Source: an uncultured Clostridium sp.
GTDB lineage: Bacteria > Bacillota > Clostridia > TANB77 > CAG-508
Reading direction: 5' to 3'
Length of the DNA stretch: 64,000 nucleotides
NCBI GenBank assembly: GCA_946409935.1
Contig: CAMJYG010000002.1
Coordinates: 8,202-72,201, forward strand
The notes beneath the pieces were generated by a model. That model saw nothing but the letters and a program-made list of their open reading frames with translations, was not told the DNA's origin and did no database searches. Positions 39,578 through 48,717 of the stretch are shown piece by piece; position 1 is the first letter of the stretch, and each line of letters begins with the position of its first letter. A program made the translations under genes and the position numbers.

Positions 39578-39869
39578 TGTTATGACCTCCCTCTATTTTT
39601 TTACTTTTGTTCTAGAATTTTCTAGAAAATAATCCTAAAACGCTTGATATGACAAGATTTCTTTCTCCATTGAAATATTTCTTACTGCTGAATTTTCAAT
39701 TTTTTCTGTTCTAGAAAATTTTTCTAGAACAAAATTTAAGACTTTAGAGGGGTTTTAAAAGACTGAAGACGGAAAAAACACATTATCTCAATTCTTTGAA
39801 ATAATGTGTTTTCAACGCTTTTGATATAATTTTCGTCCTTCTGTAGTTTCCTACAGAATTTCATATTAT

Positions 39870-39945
39870 TGGTCGAGGCGACAGGGATCGAACCTGCGAC
39901 CTCATGGTCCCAAACCACGCGCGCTACCAACTGCGCTACGCCTCG
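39870..39945 (-). tRNA. tRNA-Pro (anticodon UGG)
   Basis: Hand-folded: acceptor CGAGGCG/CGCCTCG, D stem GCGC/GCGC, anticodon loop TTTGGGA, T loop TTCGATC, encoded CCA. Confidence 0.9.
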
Positions 39946-40130
39946 ATATAAAATATCTAATATTTTGCTCAACCGCCTATATATAATATCACATTTTTTT
40001 TTACTTTGCAATAGTTTCTAAATATTTTTTATAAATATTTAATTTAATACTTGAATAATTTAATAATTCAATGTATAATTATTTATATTTATAAAGAAAT
40101 GTAATATTTCTTTATGTTTTTATAATTTAA

Positions 40131-40207
40131 GTACCTGTAGTTTAGCTGGATAAAATGGCAGGCTACGAACTTGCAGACCGGGGGTTCGAATCCCTCCAGG
40201 TACACCA
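40131..40207 (+). tRNA. tRNA-Arg (anticodon ACG)
   Basis: Hand-folded: perfect acceptor GTACCTG/CAGGTAC, anticodon loop CTACGAA, T loop TTCGAAT, encoded CCA. Confidence 0.85.
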
Positions 40208-40241
40208 AAAGAGCATATTATAATTTAATATGCTCTTTTTA
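40208..40241. terminator. bidirectional terminator
   Basis: GAGCATATTA-TAATTT-TAATATGCTC plus T5. Confidence 0.8.
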
Positions 40242-40252
40242 ACTATTCTTTA

Positions 40253-41050
40253 CTATTGCGCTATATACATTACAATTCCTATAATTCCAATAATTACAGC
40301 ACCAATTCCACCAAACAAATAAAACAATGCATTTCTATTCGAACTATTTACTAAATCATCTTCTGATTTAGTTGAAACTATAAAAGGCTTTTTGCTATCT
40401 TGTGGTTTTCCAATATGTATTTTATCTCCTGATTTAAATGCTTCTCCTATAACATATAAACTTTGATTAGCTTCAATAGTTTTTTCAGTCATTTTGAATC
40501 CTAATGTTTCAGCGCCTAACCTATTCCATGAAAACGAATTAAAAAATCTGTAATTTCCAATATTATCCTTTGGTTCAAATCTATCGAATGTTTTTGGTAT
40601 GTCTAAATTGCAACCTGTTCCATTAATTTCAAGAATTACATCCTCATTCGTACTATTATCTACCATAGAAATATACTGACTCGTTTTTTCATTAGAAATT
40701 GTGTTTTCATGTTTGTTAACTCTTGTTCTTAAATTTCCGTTACTATCTGTATATTGTTCTTTAGTTTCAGTAACTTGTATAACTTTTGATTCACAATATG
40801 CAACTTTTCTCGTAGAAAATGGTGTTTCAACCAAATTATCTGACAAAACATTTCCTTTTAGCTCAACGAATTCTCTATAATTATTTCCTAATCCATTTGA
40901 ATCCATTTGATTGAACATATCTTTTAATTCGGAAATAGTTTTAGTTTGCATAAACTTCATTTCTGTTACATGATTTTTTGTTTTTGGATATAAATATATT
41001 GCACCTACTAAACCCACAATTATTAGAACTATTGGTATTATTATTCCCAT
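40253..41050 (-). CDS. membrane protein anchored at both termini (GIDE-like topology)
   Basis: N- and C-terminal TM helices flank a ~220-aa soluble domain. Last gene of the PspA operon. Confidence 0.6.
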   Translation of the reverse strand: MGIIIPIVLIIVGLVGAIYLYPKTKNHVTEMKFMQTKTISELKDMFNQMDSNGLGNNYREFVELKGNVLSDNLVETPFSTRKVAYCESKVIQVTETKEQYTDSNGNLRTRVNKHENTISNEKTSQYISMVDNSTNEDVILEINGTGCNLDIPKTFDRFEPKDNIGNYRFFNSFSWNRLGAETLGFKMTEKTIEANQSLYVIGEAFKSGDKIHIGKPQDSKKPFIVSTKSEDDLVNSSNRNALFYLFGGIGAVIIGIIGIVMYIAQ

Positions 41051-41089
41051 AATAAAATTCATTCCTTTCTAAAGTTATACAATATGAAA

Positions 41090-41767
41090 TTAATTATTAT
41101 TGTTTCCATTCATTTGTTGTTTTAGCTTTTCTAATTCTGCATTTATGCTATTTTCTTTGTCCATTTGTGCAAATGGATCATTTTCGCTTTCTTGAACTCC
41201 AGAAACTTGTGAAAATGCATCAGCTTGAGCTTCTTTATCTGCAATTTTTTGTTCCATTTTATCCATTTTGGCAAATGCACTCTTACTATCCATATTTCCA
41301 AGTGTTTTAGCCATTTGAGATTTAGCATCAGCCATTTGACTTCTTGCAACAAGCATTGCTTGTTTACTTCTTGCTTCTTCTAATTTCTGTTTTAAAATAT
41401 CTACTTGTGATTTTATTTCATTTACTTGTGCGTCCATTGAGTTTACCATATCTTGGTATTGAGTAACCATTTTATCTTGCTTAACCTTGTTTTCAAGTGC
41501 TTGTCTTGCTAAATCTTCATTTCCTTGTTCTAAACAAGCTTTAGCCTTAGCTTGCCATATATTTGATTGTTCTTGTGCATTTTCTAATTGTTTTTTTACT
41601 TGGTTAAGACTTCCCATTGCTGTTCCTAATCCTTGTGTAGCCTTTCTTAATTGGTCCTCCATATCTATAATAATTTGTTTTACCATTTTTTCTGGGTTTT
41701 CAGCTTTATCAATTAAATCATTGATATTTGCTCTTACTAAATCACTTATTCTTTCAAAAATTGCCAT
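41090..41767 (-). CDS. pspA: PspA/IM30-family protein
   Basis: MAIFERISDLVRANINDLIDKAENPEKMVKQIIIDMEDQL canonical N-terminus and a coiled-coil body. Confidence 0.92.
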   Translation of the reverse strand: MAIFERISDLVRANINDLIDKAENPEKMVKQIIIDMEDQLRKATQGLGTAMGSLNQVKKQLENAQEQSNIWQAKAKACLEQGNEDLARQALENKVKQDKMVTQYQDMVNSMDAQVNEIKSQVDILKQKLEEARSKQAMLVARSQMADAKSQMAKTLGNMDSKSAFAKMDKMEQKIADKEAQADAFSQVSGVQESENDPFAQMDKENSINAELEKLKQQMNGNNNN

Positions 41768-41841
41768 TTTAAATTCCTCCTATTAATTTATATCTTTCGA
41801 TATATACATTTTTATTTTAAATTTATCAATTATTTTTCAAA

Positions 41842-42282
41842 TTAATTTCTTTTTTTAAACACGGTTCTTAATAATAATCCAGAACCTGCTGCAGCCATTC
41901 CAAAAATTAATATGTAATCAAACATTGATGTTGTAACAAAATTAATTTGGACACTCATAATTATACTTACAACTATAAAAATAACACTTAATGTTATTAG
42001 TATCTTTGCTCCTATAGACTTTGTATTAACAAAGTACCAGATTATGCCTATTATTAATGGTATAGTTATTGTTCCTGAAGACATGTTAAATCCCCCTATT
42101 CTCCATACATACCAACTACTATGTACCATTACTCTCTTACTAAGCATAAATAGTCCTGCACCTAATAAACAAATTCCTATAAAAAAATATAGTAAATCGT
42201 TTTTTCCTGAGCTAACACTTTGTTGCTTTTCAGCTTTTAAATTATGAATTTCTCCTAATTCAGATTTATCATCCTTTCCCAT
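41842..42282 (-). CDS. 4-TM membrane protein upstream of pspA (LiaI-like position)
   Basis: SD AAAGGAGGG. Hydrophobic helices. The function is inferred from position only. Confidence 0.6.
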   Translation of the reverse strand: MGKDDKSELGEIHNLKAEKQQSVSSGKNDLLYFFIGICLLGAGLFMLSKRVMVHSSWYVWRIGGFNMSSGTITIPLIIGIIWYFVNTKSIGAKILITLSVIFIVVSIIMSVQINFVTTSMFDYILIFGMAAAGSGLLLRTVFKKRN

Positions 42283-42325
42283 TTTTCCCTCCTTTTATAT
42301 TTTTTATATATAATATCATTTCTAC

Positions 42326-42372
42326 CAAAAAAAGTAAAGAGTTTTTTATTTTACATAAAAAATCTCTTTACT
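42326..42372 (-). terminator. terminator of the deaminase gene
   Basis: AGTAAAGAG...CTCTTTACT stem followed on the minus strand by T7. Confidence 0.7.
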
Positions 42373-42434
42373 AGTTAATATTTTTAAACTTAACCTCTTT
42401 TAGAAATGTTGATATATTAATATTTTATCTTTTA

Positions 42435-44942
42435 TTAATTATTAGCTTCCATAATATCTGGATTGTCAGCTAAAATTTTATCGACAATATTTTGTCTGAT
42501 ATTAAAAGGAATAACATATCCTCCTAAAGTTTCTGCTTTGTCAGACAATACAGGAGTGTCCTCATTTACATATATTTTAGCCTTTCCTTTTCCATTTTTA
42601 GCCTCTTGAACTAAATTAGAAACTGGTGAATTTCCATCAAAAGCCATAACTACTGAATTCCTTCTTTCAAAAATCTCGTAATTAAAACTTTTATATATTC
42701 CCATCTCATCACTTTCTATAGAAACTCTAACTCCGTCAAGTTTATCTGTTAATAAGTTCGCAGATTCTTCTTTTGAAACCATTCTAGGAATAATTGCATC
42801 TATTTCAAAATTTTTATTCAAATTTCTGCTTAAATCAATAATTTCTTTTTCATATCCTTGCATTTTATGTCCTATAACAAAATATGCCTTTTTAGCATCT
42901 ACTCTTTTTATTAATTGCTCTAAAATTTTTCTTCCTTCTTCTGTTACTTTTGTTGTTCTTCCTTTTTTATTAAAACTTCCTCCTGCAATTATTATAGGAA
43001 CTTTATTTTCTGGTAATTGTTTTATTTTTTCTTTTAATATTTCTTCTACTTCTATATTATTATTTATTCTCATTTGAACATTATTATTTTTGCTCTTTTC
43101 GTGATTTTCATTTTCTAAAACAGTTAAAGCTTCTTTTATTGTTCTTCCATTTAAAAATTCTACAAATTCTTTTGATTTTCTTTCAAAATATTCTGTTGCT
43201 TGTAAAACTACTTCATCTTCTACTCTTCTCATTTTTTCAAAATCTTCATTAGTCAATCCTAGTAGATTTTGAAGAGCTAATTGTTCATCAATTGTATCTA
43301 TACCATAGAATCCGCATCCATCAGTTCCTTGAACACATCTTACATCATTTTTTAAATATGTTTTTAAAGGATGTAATTCTAAATTACTTAAATTATTTAA
43401 TCGTACATTAGATGTTAATTGAAACTCTACAATTATATTGCCTTCTTTTAATTCTTTTAATAATTTTTTTCCTTCTTTTGAATTCAAATCAGCAGTATAT
43501 AAACCATGACCTAGTCTAACTTTTGGCATTTTTTGTCCAGGTTTTAAAGCTTCTTTTACACATTGAATAGATTTTGAAACATTATCCCTTAGACTATCAT
43601 TCTCACCAGCATGTATTCTAATTGTAAAATCTTTATCTACATCATTTACATATTCTACAAGTTCTTGAATTGCTGGTCTTAAATCTAAAATATCATTAAT
43701 TTCTTCTCCAATAAAATCACTACCCACTACATAAGGGCTTTTTGCAACTGCTTTTAATACATCTAAATTTGCTCTTAAGTAATTTCCACCTATTATTTGG
43801 TCTTTTATTATTGTTAAAGGTACTCTTCTCATGGCAGCTAAAAATCTAATTTTTACACCAGTCTCATTTTCTATATATGGCATTATTTCATGAATTTCTT
43901 CTATCAATTTAATTGCAGGCCCATTAGCCTTAACCAAATCTGTATCTGCAATTTCTATGTAATCTATACTTTGTTTTTTATATTCTCTTGCTATCCACAA
44001 AAACTTATCTTGTCTTAATGTAATATTTTTTAATTCCTCTTTTTTATTATCATCAATCATTAATTTAAGTATTCTTTTTATATCTTTTTCAGGTATTTTA
44101 TCTATTTTTTCTTCATTTAGTTCTATTTTATTTTCATATTCTATACCTTTACAAAATACATATCTATATATATATAATTTTTCAAGGTTTGTAAAAACTG
44201 CTTGTCCATCTTTTAATATTGCTAAACTATTCCTAATTTTTGCGATATTATATTCTGCATTTTCCAAGTTATTTAATATAAAATCTGCAAAATTAATAAA
44301 TGTATTATCATCTATTTTCCTTGTTAAATATTTTCCCTCTAATTTTGAATCTTTATATTGCTTTTCAACTAATTTTCTTTTTTCTAATATCTCTTTTTCT
44401 TGATTTTTAGTCATTCTTAAATTTAACTTTTTAATATAATATAATGGATATCTTAATTGATGTTTAATCCCTAATGCAATTAAAACATCTGGAGAAAGAT
44501 TTGCATTCATATGTGTATGCAAATCTGTTCTGAATTTTGATTTCTTTAAGATATAAGATTTAACAATTGTTTTCTCAATAGGTAGAGTATAGTTTTTAGT
44601 TTGTGACATCAATGTTTTGGTTATTGCTGGTATTTTTGCTTTTATTTCTATATTTCCATTTTCAAAAATATTAGCTATTTTTATTCCACCTAATCTAAGA
44701 ATATAAACAATTTCATTATCACCATTTATACTTGCAGGAATAATTCCTGTTATTATTTTCATATCTTTTTCATTTTTTACTGTTTCAACATTACATAATT
44801 TGGCTAAATTCGTTATTAAATTTCCTGTATTATGATTTGGAGTTTCAAGTACATATAATACTTCATCTGGATTTTCTTTGTATATATTAACTATTATGTC
44901 TTTTTCTTTATCTAAATAAAATTTGTTTAATAATACTTTCAT
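42435..44942 (-). CDS. large adenosine-deaminase-fold protein with an unknown N-terminal domain and a C-terminal Rossmann (SLOG/LOG/DprA-like) domain
   Basis: Deaminase motifs DLHTHMN, IRIHAGEND, RLGHG, FQLTSN, QGTDG. C-terminal PIIIAGGS, YFVIGHKMQGYE, VMAFDGNSPVSNLVQEA. Start at MKVLLNK with an AAAGGAATGG SD. Confidence 0.8.
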   Translation of the reverse strand: MKVLLNKFYLDKEKDIIVNIYKENPDEVLYVLETPNHNTGNLITNLAKLCNVETVKNEKDMKIITGIIPASINGDNEIVYILRLGGIKIANIFENGNIEIKAKIPAITKTLMSQTKNYTLPIEKTIVKSYILKKSKFRTDLHTHMNANLSPDVLIALGIKHQLRYPLYYIKKLNLRMTKNQEKEILEKRKLVEKQYKDSKLEGKYLTRKIDDNTFINFADFILNNLENAEYNIAKIRNSLAILKDGQAVFTNLEKLYIYRYVFCKGIEYENKIELNEEKIDKIPEKDIKRILKLMIDDNKKEELKNITLRQDKFLWIAREYKKQSIDYIEIADTDLVKANGPAIKLIEEIHEIMPYIENETGVKIRFLAAMRRVPLTIIKDQIIGGNYLRANLDVLKAVAKSPYVVGSDFIGEEINDILDLRPAIQELVEYVNDVDKDFTIRIHAGENDSLRDNVSKSIQCVKEALKPGQKMPKVRLGHGLYTADLNSKEGKKLLKELKEGNIIVEFQLTSNVRLNNLSNLELHPLKTYLKNDVRCVQGTDGCGFYGIDTIDEQLALQNLLGLTNEDFEKMRRVEDEVVLQATEYFERKSKEFVEFLNGRTIKEALTVLENENHEKSKNNNVQMRINNNIEVEEILKEKIKQLPENKVPIIIAGGSFNKKGRTTKVTEEGRKILEQLIKRVDAKKAYFVIGHKMQGYEKEIIDLSRNLNKNFEIDAIIPRMVSKEESANLLTDKLDGVRVSIESDEMGIYKSFNYEIFERRNSVVMAFDGNSPVSNLVQEAKNGKGKAKIYVNEDTPVLSDKAETLGGYVIPFNIRQNIVDKILADNPDIMEANN

Positions 44943-45018
44943 TTTAATTCCATTCCTTTTCTTAATACTATTAAACTTTATTTTAACATATTTTACCTTC
45001 CAAATCAATACATTATGT

Positions 45019-46149
45019 TTACTTTTTTCCTAAAACGATTTCTATTTGCTTACTTATCTTCCCTCTTTTAATATCTAAAACAACCTCATCTTCTGGCTCT
45101 TTAGTATAAATATACTGTCTTAAAGCATTCATTGTGTTTAATTCAATTCCATCTATATTATTTATAATATCACCTTCTCTTAAAGCAGTATTATCTGCTG
45201 GGCCATTTTTAGTAATTTGAGCAACATATATTCCTTTATCAAAATTAATTCTATAATTTGAATTCAAATATGGAATAACTTCTTTGTCATAAGCATATAT
45301 TCCTAAAACCGCTTCTTCGAATTTTCCATTTTCTCTAAAACTATCTATAACAGGTTTTACTATGTTAATTGGAACAGCGAAACCTATTCCCTCTGCAGAA
45401 GAAATTTTAACGGTATTTATCCCTATAACATCACCATTTGGGTATATTAATGGTCCTCCACTGTTGCCTGGATTAATTGTTGCATCTGTCTGTATTAAAT
45501 CTGTCATATATGATAACTGGTCATCTTCTTCTATCTTTATGCTTCTGTTTTTGGCACTAATTATTCCAGATGTAACTGTTCTTCTAAATTCAAATCCTAT
45601 AGGATTTCCAATTGCATAAACACTTTCCCCTACTCTAATTTTATCTGAGTCACCTAATGTAACATATTCCAAATTATTAGCATTTATTTTTATAATAGCT
45701 AAATCTAAACTAGAATCACTCCATACTACTGTTCCATCATAATTATTTCCGCTTTCTAAAGTTATATAGCATTTGCTATATTTTGTTCCTGCAACATGTT
45801 CGTTACTTAGAATATATCCATTCTCAGTTACTATAATACCTGTTCCTAGCCCTAATTCGCTTTCTGTTATTTTAGATAATATGCTATCACCTGGTTCTTT
45901 AAGCTTAGAAATTCCAACAACTTTTCTATTTGTTTCCTCAATAATATCTGCCACATTTTTACTATTTTCTTGCACTTTATCCACAGTTTGTGCTTCAATT
46001 GTGGATTTTAACCTTGTAACTTTATAATTATCATTATTTATTTCAATGTTATTATATGTAGTATATAAATAAAATCCTAATATCCACATAAATATTAATA
46101 ATATACTAACTATTATCACTTTTCTTAAATTCTTTTTATTTTTTTTCAA
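45019..46149 (-). CDS. htrA: HtrA/DegP-family serine protease with PDZ domain
   Basis: Triad contexts SNEHV, DLAIIK, GNSGGPL. N-terminal TM and C-terminal PDZ. TTG start with a GAGGTG SD. Confidence 0.9.
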   Translation of the reverse strand: MKKNKKNLRKVIIVSILLIFMWILGFYLYTTYNNIEINNDNYKVTRLKSTIEAQTVDKVQENSKNVADIIEETNRKVVGISKLKEPGDSILSKITESELGLGTGIIVTENGYILSNEHVAGTKYSKCYITLESGNNYDGTVVWSDSSLDLAIIKINANNLEYVTLGDSDKIRVGESVYAIGNPIGFEFRRTVTSGIISAKNRSIKIEEDDQLSYMTDLIQTDATINPGNSGGPLIYPNGDVIGINTVKISSAEGIGFAVPINIVKPVIDSFRENGKFEEAVLGIYAYDKEVIPYLNSNYRINFDKGIYVAQITKNGPADNTALREGDIINNIDGIELNTMNALRQYIYTKEPEDEVVLDIKRGKISKQIEIVLGKK

Positions 46150-46238
46150 ACATTACACCTCAAAATTATTATCTCCAAAATACATTTTTTTAAACAAAAA
46201 AGCGTTGCAAAATCACAACACTCTTTTTATTTTCAATT

Positions 46239-46506
46239 CAGTCATAGTTATAGATAATAGTTTTATACTATAGAATATAAAAAAGGTTGATATATAAATA
46301 TTTATGAATGTTTCGAATGTGATTGAAGAAGTTATAATCGTTTCTTTAATATAAATTAATGAGGAAGCGCGAAGTATGTAGCGAGAGGCTCGTTGATTTA
46401 TATTTTAGAAACGATATAACTTCGTAATGAACCGAGAAACTGAATAAATATTTATATCCTTTAAAACAAATTATTATGGAAAAACATTATCCATTAACTA
46501 TGACTG
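46239..46506. repeat. 268-bp long hairpin-forming palindrome, family R3
   Basis: CAGTCATAGTTA...TAACTATGACTG ends. Nested arms ATAAATATTTAT and GTTATAATCGTTTCTTTAATATAAAT / ATTTATATTTTAGAAACGATATAAC. Centre near 46372. Confidence 0.85.
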
Positions 46507-46524
46507 AAAAGAAATATAACATTC

Positions 46525-48255
46525 CTAATTTACCTTTTTCAATTCTTCATATCTTTTAACTTTTTGAGTTGTAGTTTTTGCTAAGCTTTCAGTTGTAATT
46601 GTAATGTTTTTAATATGTTTAAATATTGGTAATGACTTATTAATTTCTTTAACTTCATTCCAAATATCTTCTTTGTACTCTTCTTCGGTTTTATCTCCTA
46701 ACTTTTCTTTTATTAAATCTTTGTCATAAACTATTTTTGCACATAACATAGTATCTGTTTTACTTTGTTCCCTTTGATATACTAAACTCTCTGCTACATA
46801 AGGTATTTTATTTATTAAAAATTCAATTTCTTGTGGATATACATTTTTTCCATTTTTCAAAACGATTATGTCTTTTTTTCTTCCTGTAACATATAAAAAA
46901 TCATCTTTATCAAAATATCCAAAATCGCCTGTGCTAAACCAGCCATCTTTTAAAACTTTATTAGTTTCCTCTTCATTATTATAATATCCCATCATTACAC
47001 TAGGACCTTTTACAGATATCTCCCCTACTCCATCTTTATCTGGATTATCTATTCTAGCTTCTAAAGTATCTAATACTAATCCTACTGAGCCTGGTCTTTT
47101 TTCTTTATCTGTTTCAGCAGAAATTACTGGAGATGTTTCTGTTAAACCATAACCTTGTACTAAATCTATTCCTAAATTGTTATATCCTATTATAGTATCT
47201 TTATTCATTGGAGCAGCTCCATATAAAACCACTCTTAAGTTACCTCCAAATTGATCCAATACTTGTTTAAAAAACACTTTTCGTAAATCTATGTGACATT
47301 TTAACAATGCATTTGAAATTTTAGATACTGTATTTATTAATTTCGTTTTTCCTTGTTCTTCAATTGCATTTTGAATTTTTTTGTACATAGTTTCTAAAAC
47401 AAGTGGAACTGCAACAAATACAGATACTTTATACTCTTGTAAATTTTTTTGAATATATTTTAGTCCATCACAGAATGCAACTGTAGCACCACTATACATT
47501 CCATATAAAAACGTAATTGTACACTCAAATGTATGATGTATTGGTAAAAATGATAATAATGTGTCTGTTTCATATATTCTTACCCAAGTAGCGATTGCAG
47601 AAATATCTGAGCATATATTATATTGTGATAACATTACGGCTTTAGGCAAATTAGTCGTCCCTGAGGTAAATAGCATAATAGACATTTTTTTATTATCTAT
47701 TTCTATATTTTCATATTTTGTATCACCATTTTTTAATAACTCATATCCTTTTTCTAACAAGTCCTTATAGCTTTTTGTACCTTCTACTTTTTCATCATCC
47801 ATGCATATCAAAGTATTTACATTATTATTTGTTTCATCTTTTAATTTTGTCATTACATCAATGTATTTTTTATCAAAAATAACGACCTCTGCTTCACTTC
47901 TAGTAACTAGTGATTCTATTTCATTATCTGGTAAAGCCTTATCTAATGGCACAATTACCATATTTCCTGTTGTAACAGCCATATAAGCTGTACACCACTC
48001 ATATCGATTTTTTCCTATTAAAACTACCTTTTTATTTTCTTTGCCTAAATCTAATAGGCTTGTACTTAAAGCTTTTACATCCTCTACATATTTTTCATAT
48101 GTTACTTCTATGTATTCTGGTTCTTTTGCTGTATAATCTTTTTTATATTTATATGCCACATTTTTAGAATATTTCTCTTTTACCATTTCTAGTAGTTCTT
48201 TGTAATTGCTTATACTTTGCGCCTCATGAACTTTTCTTGGTTTTCCGTTTTTCAT
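46525..48255 (-). CDS. AMP-dependent acyl-CoA synthetase (long-chain fatty acid CoA ligase type)
   Basis: LFTSGTTNLPKAV, GYGLTETS, TGDFGY...GRKKDII motifs. Confidence 0.88.
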   Translation of the reverse strand: MKNGKPRKVHEAQSISNYKELLEMVKEKYSKNVAYKYKKDYTAKEPEYIEVTYEKYVEDVKALSTSLLDLGKENKKVVLIGKNRYEWCTAYMAVTTGNMVIVPLDKALPDNEIESLVTRSEAEVVIFDKKYIDVMTKLKDETNNNVNTLICMDDEKVEGTKSYKDLLEKGYELLKNGDTKYENIEIDNKKMSIMLFTSGTTNLPKAVMLSQYNICSDISAIATWVRIYETDTLLSFLPIHHTFECTITFLYGMYSGATVAFCDGLKYIQKNLQEYKVSVFVAVPLVLETMYKKIQNAIEEQGKTKLINTVSKISNALLKCHIDLRKVFFKQVLDQFGGNLRVVLYGAAPMNKDTIIGYNNLGIDLVQGYGLTETSPVISAETDKEKRPGSVGLVLDTLEARIDNPDKDGVGEISVKGPSVMMGYYNNEEETNKVLKDGWFSTGDFGYFDKDDFLYVTGRKKDIIVLKNGKNVYPQEIEFLINKIPYVAESLVYQREQSKTDTMLCAKIVYDKDLIKEKLGDKTEEEYKEDIWNEVKEINKSLPIFKHIKNITITTESLAKTTTQKVKRYEELKKVN

Positions 48256-48359
48256 AATCTCTTCCCTTTCTAAAAAAATTTAACATGCCAATTGTATAAT
48301 AAAATATACAAAAAATCAACCATAATTTCATGTAAATGAAAGAATATATGTTACTTGAT

Positions 48360-48611
48360 GTTACAATTCACAGCTGATTATAAATTAGAATAGCTTCAAG
48401 TTAATATATAATATTTTTTGAAAAATGCGAATTGAAAGTGAGCAAGTTAGAAATTCTAATAAATTTTATGGAAAGAGTTCATTTTCGAAGAAAATGGAAG
48501 GGAGCCATAAAATTTATGTGAATTTCTTACGCAGTTCAGCTTGAACGAGCGTTTTTGAAAAAATATTATATATTAATTTGAAGCAATGTCAAATCGGCCG
48601 TGAATTGTAAC
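48360..48611. repeat. long palindromic element, family R2 (copy b)
   Basis: GTTACAATTCACAGCTG.../...CGGCCGTGAATTGTAAC. Homologous to 9802-10085. Confidence 0.85.
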
Positions 48612-48652
48612 AATATTTTATGAAAATTACCATGCTTTTCATGCGACTTCTA

Positions 48653-48682
48653 TTGACATTTTCACCTAAAGAAAGGTATAAT
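48653..48682 (+). promoter_or_regulatory. sigma-A promoter of the NRPS gene
   Basis: TTGACA, 18 nt spacer, TATAAT. Confidence 0.65.
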
Positions 48683-48717
48683 TTGACTAGCACTTTTACT
48701 TAGAAAAAGGAGAAAAA

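Larger units (their letters stand above)
15935..39869. mobile_element. mosaic genomic island: stacked, decayed integrative/mobilizable elements at the 3' end of tRNA-Pro
   Basis: Full tRNA-Pro at 39870-39945 plus 23-nt (18424-18446) and 12-nt (23830-23841) copies of its 3' end. Also two truncated integrases, RepA_N x2, Mob genes, an IS3 and a TA remnant. Confidence 0.8.

Noticed and set aside
39736-40011. 91-aa ORF on the minus strand
   Set aside because: It is read through the tRNA-Pro gene; the GVAQLVARVVWDHEVAGSIPVAS segment is the translated tRNA. Not a gene.
42435-46149. RADAR system (RdrA + RdrB)
   Set aside because: Only a deaminase-fold gene is present. The neighbour is an HtrA protease, and no large RdrA-type ATPase occurs within the window.
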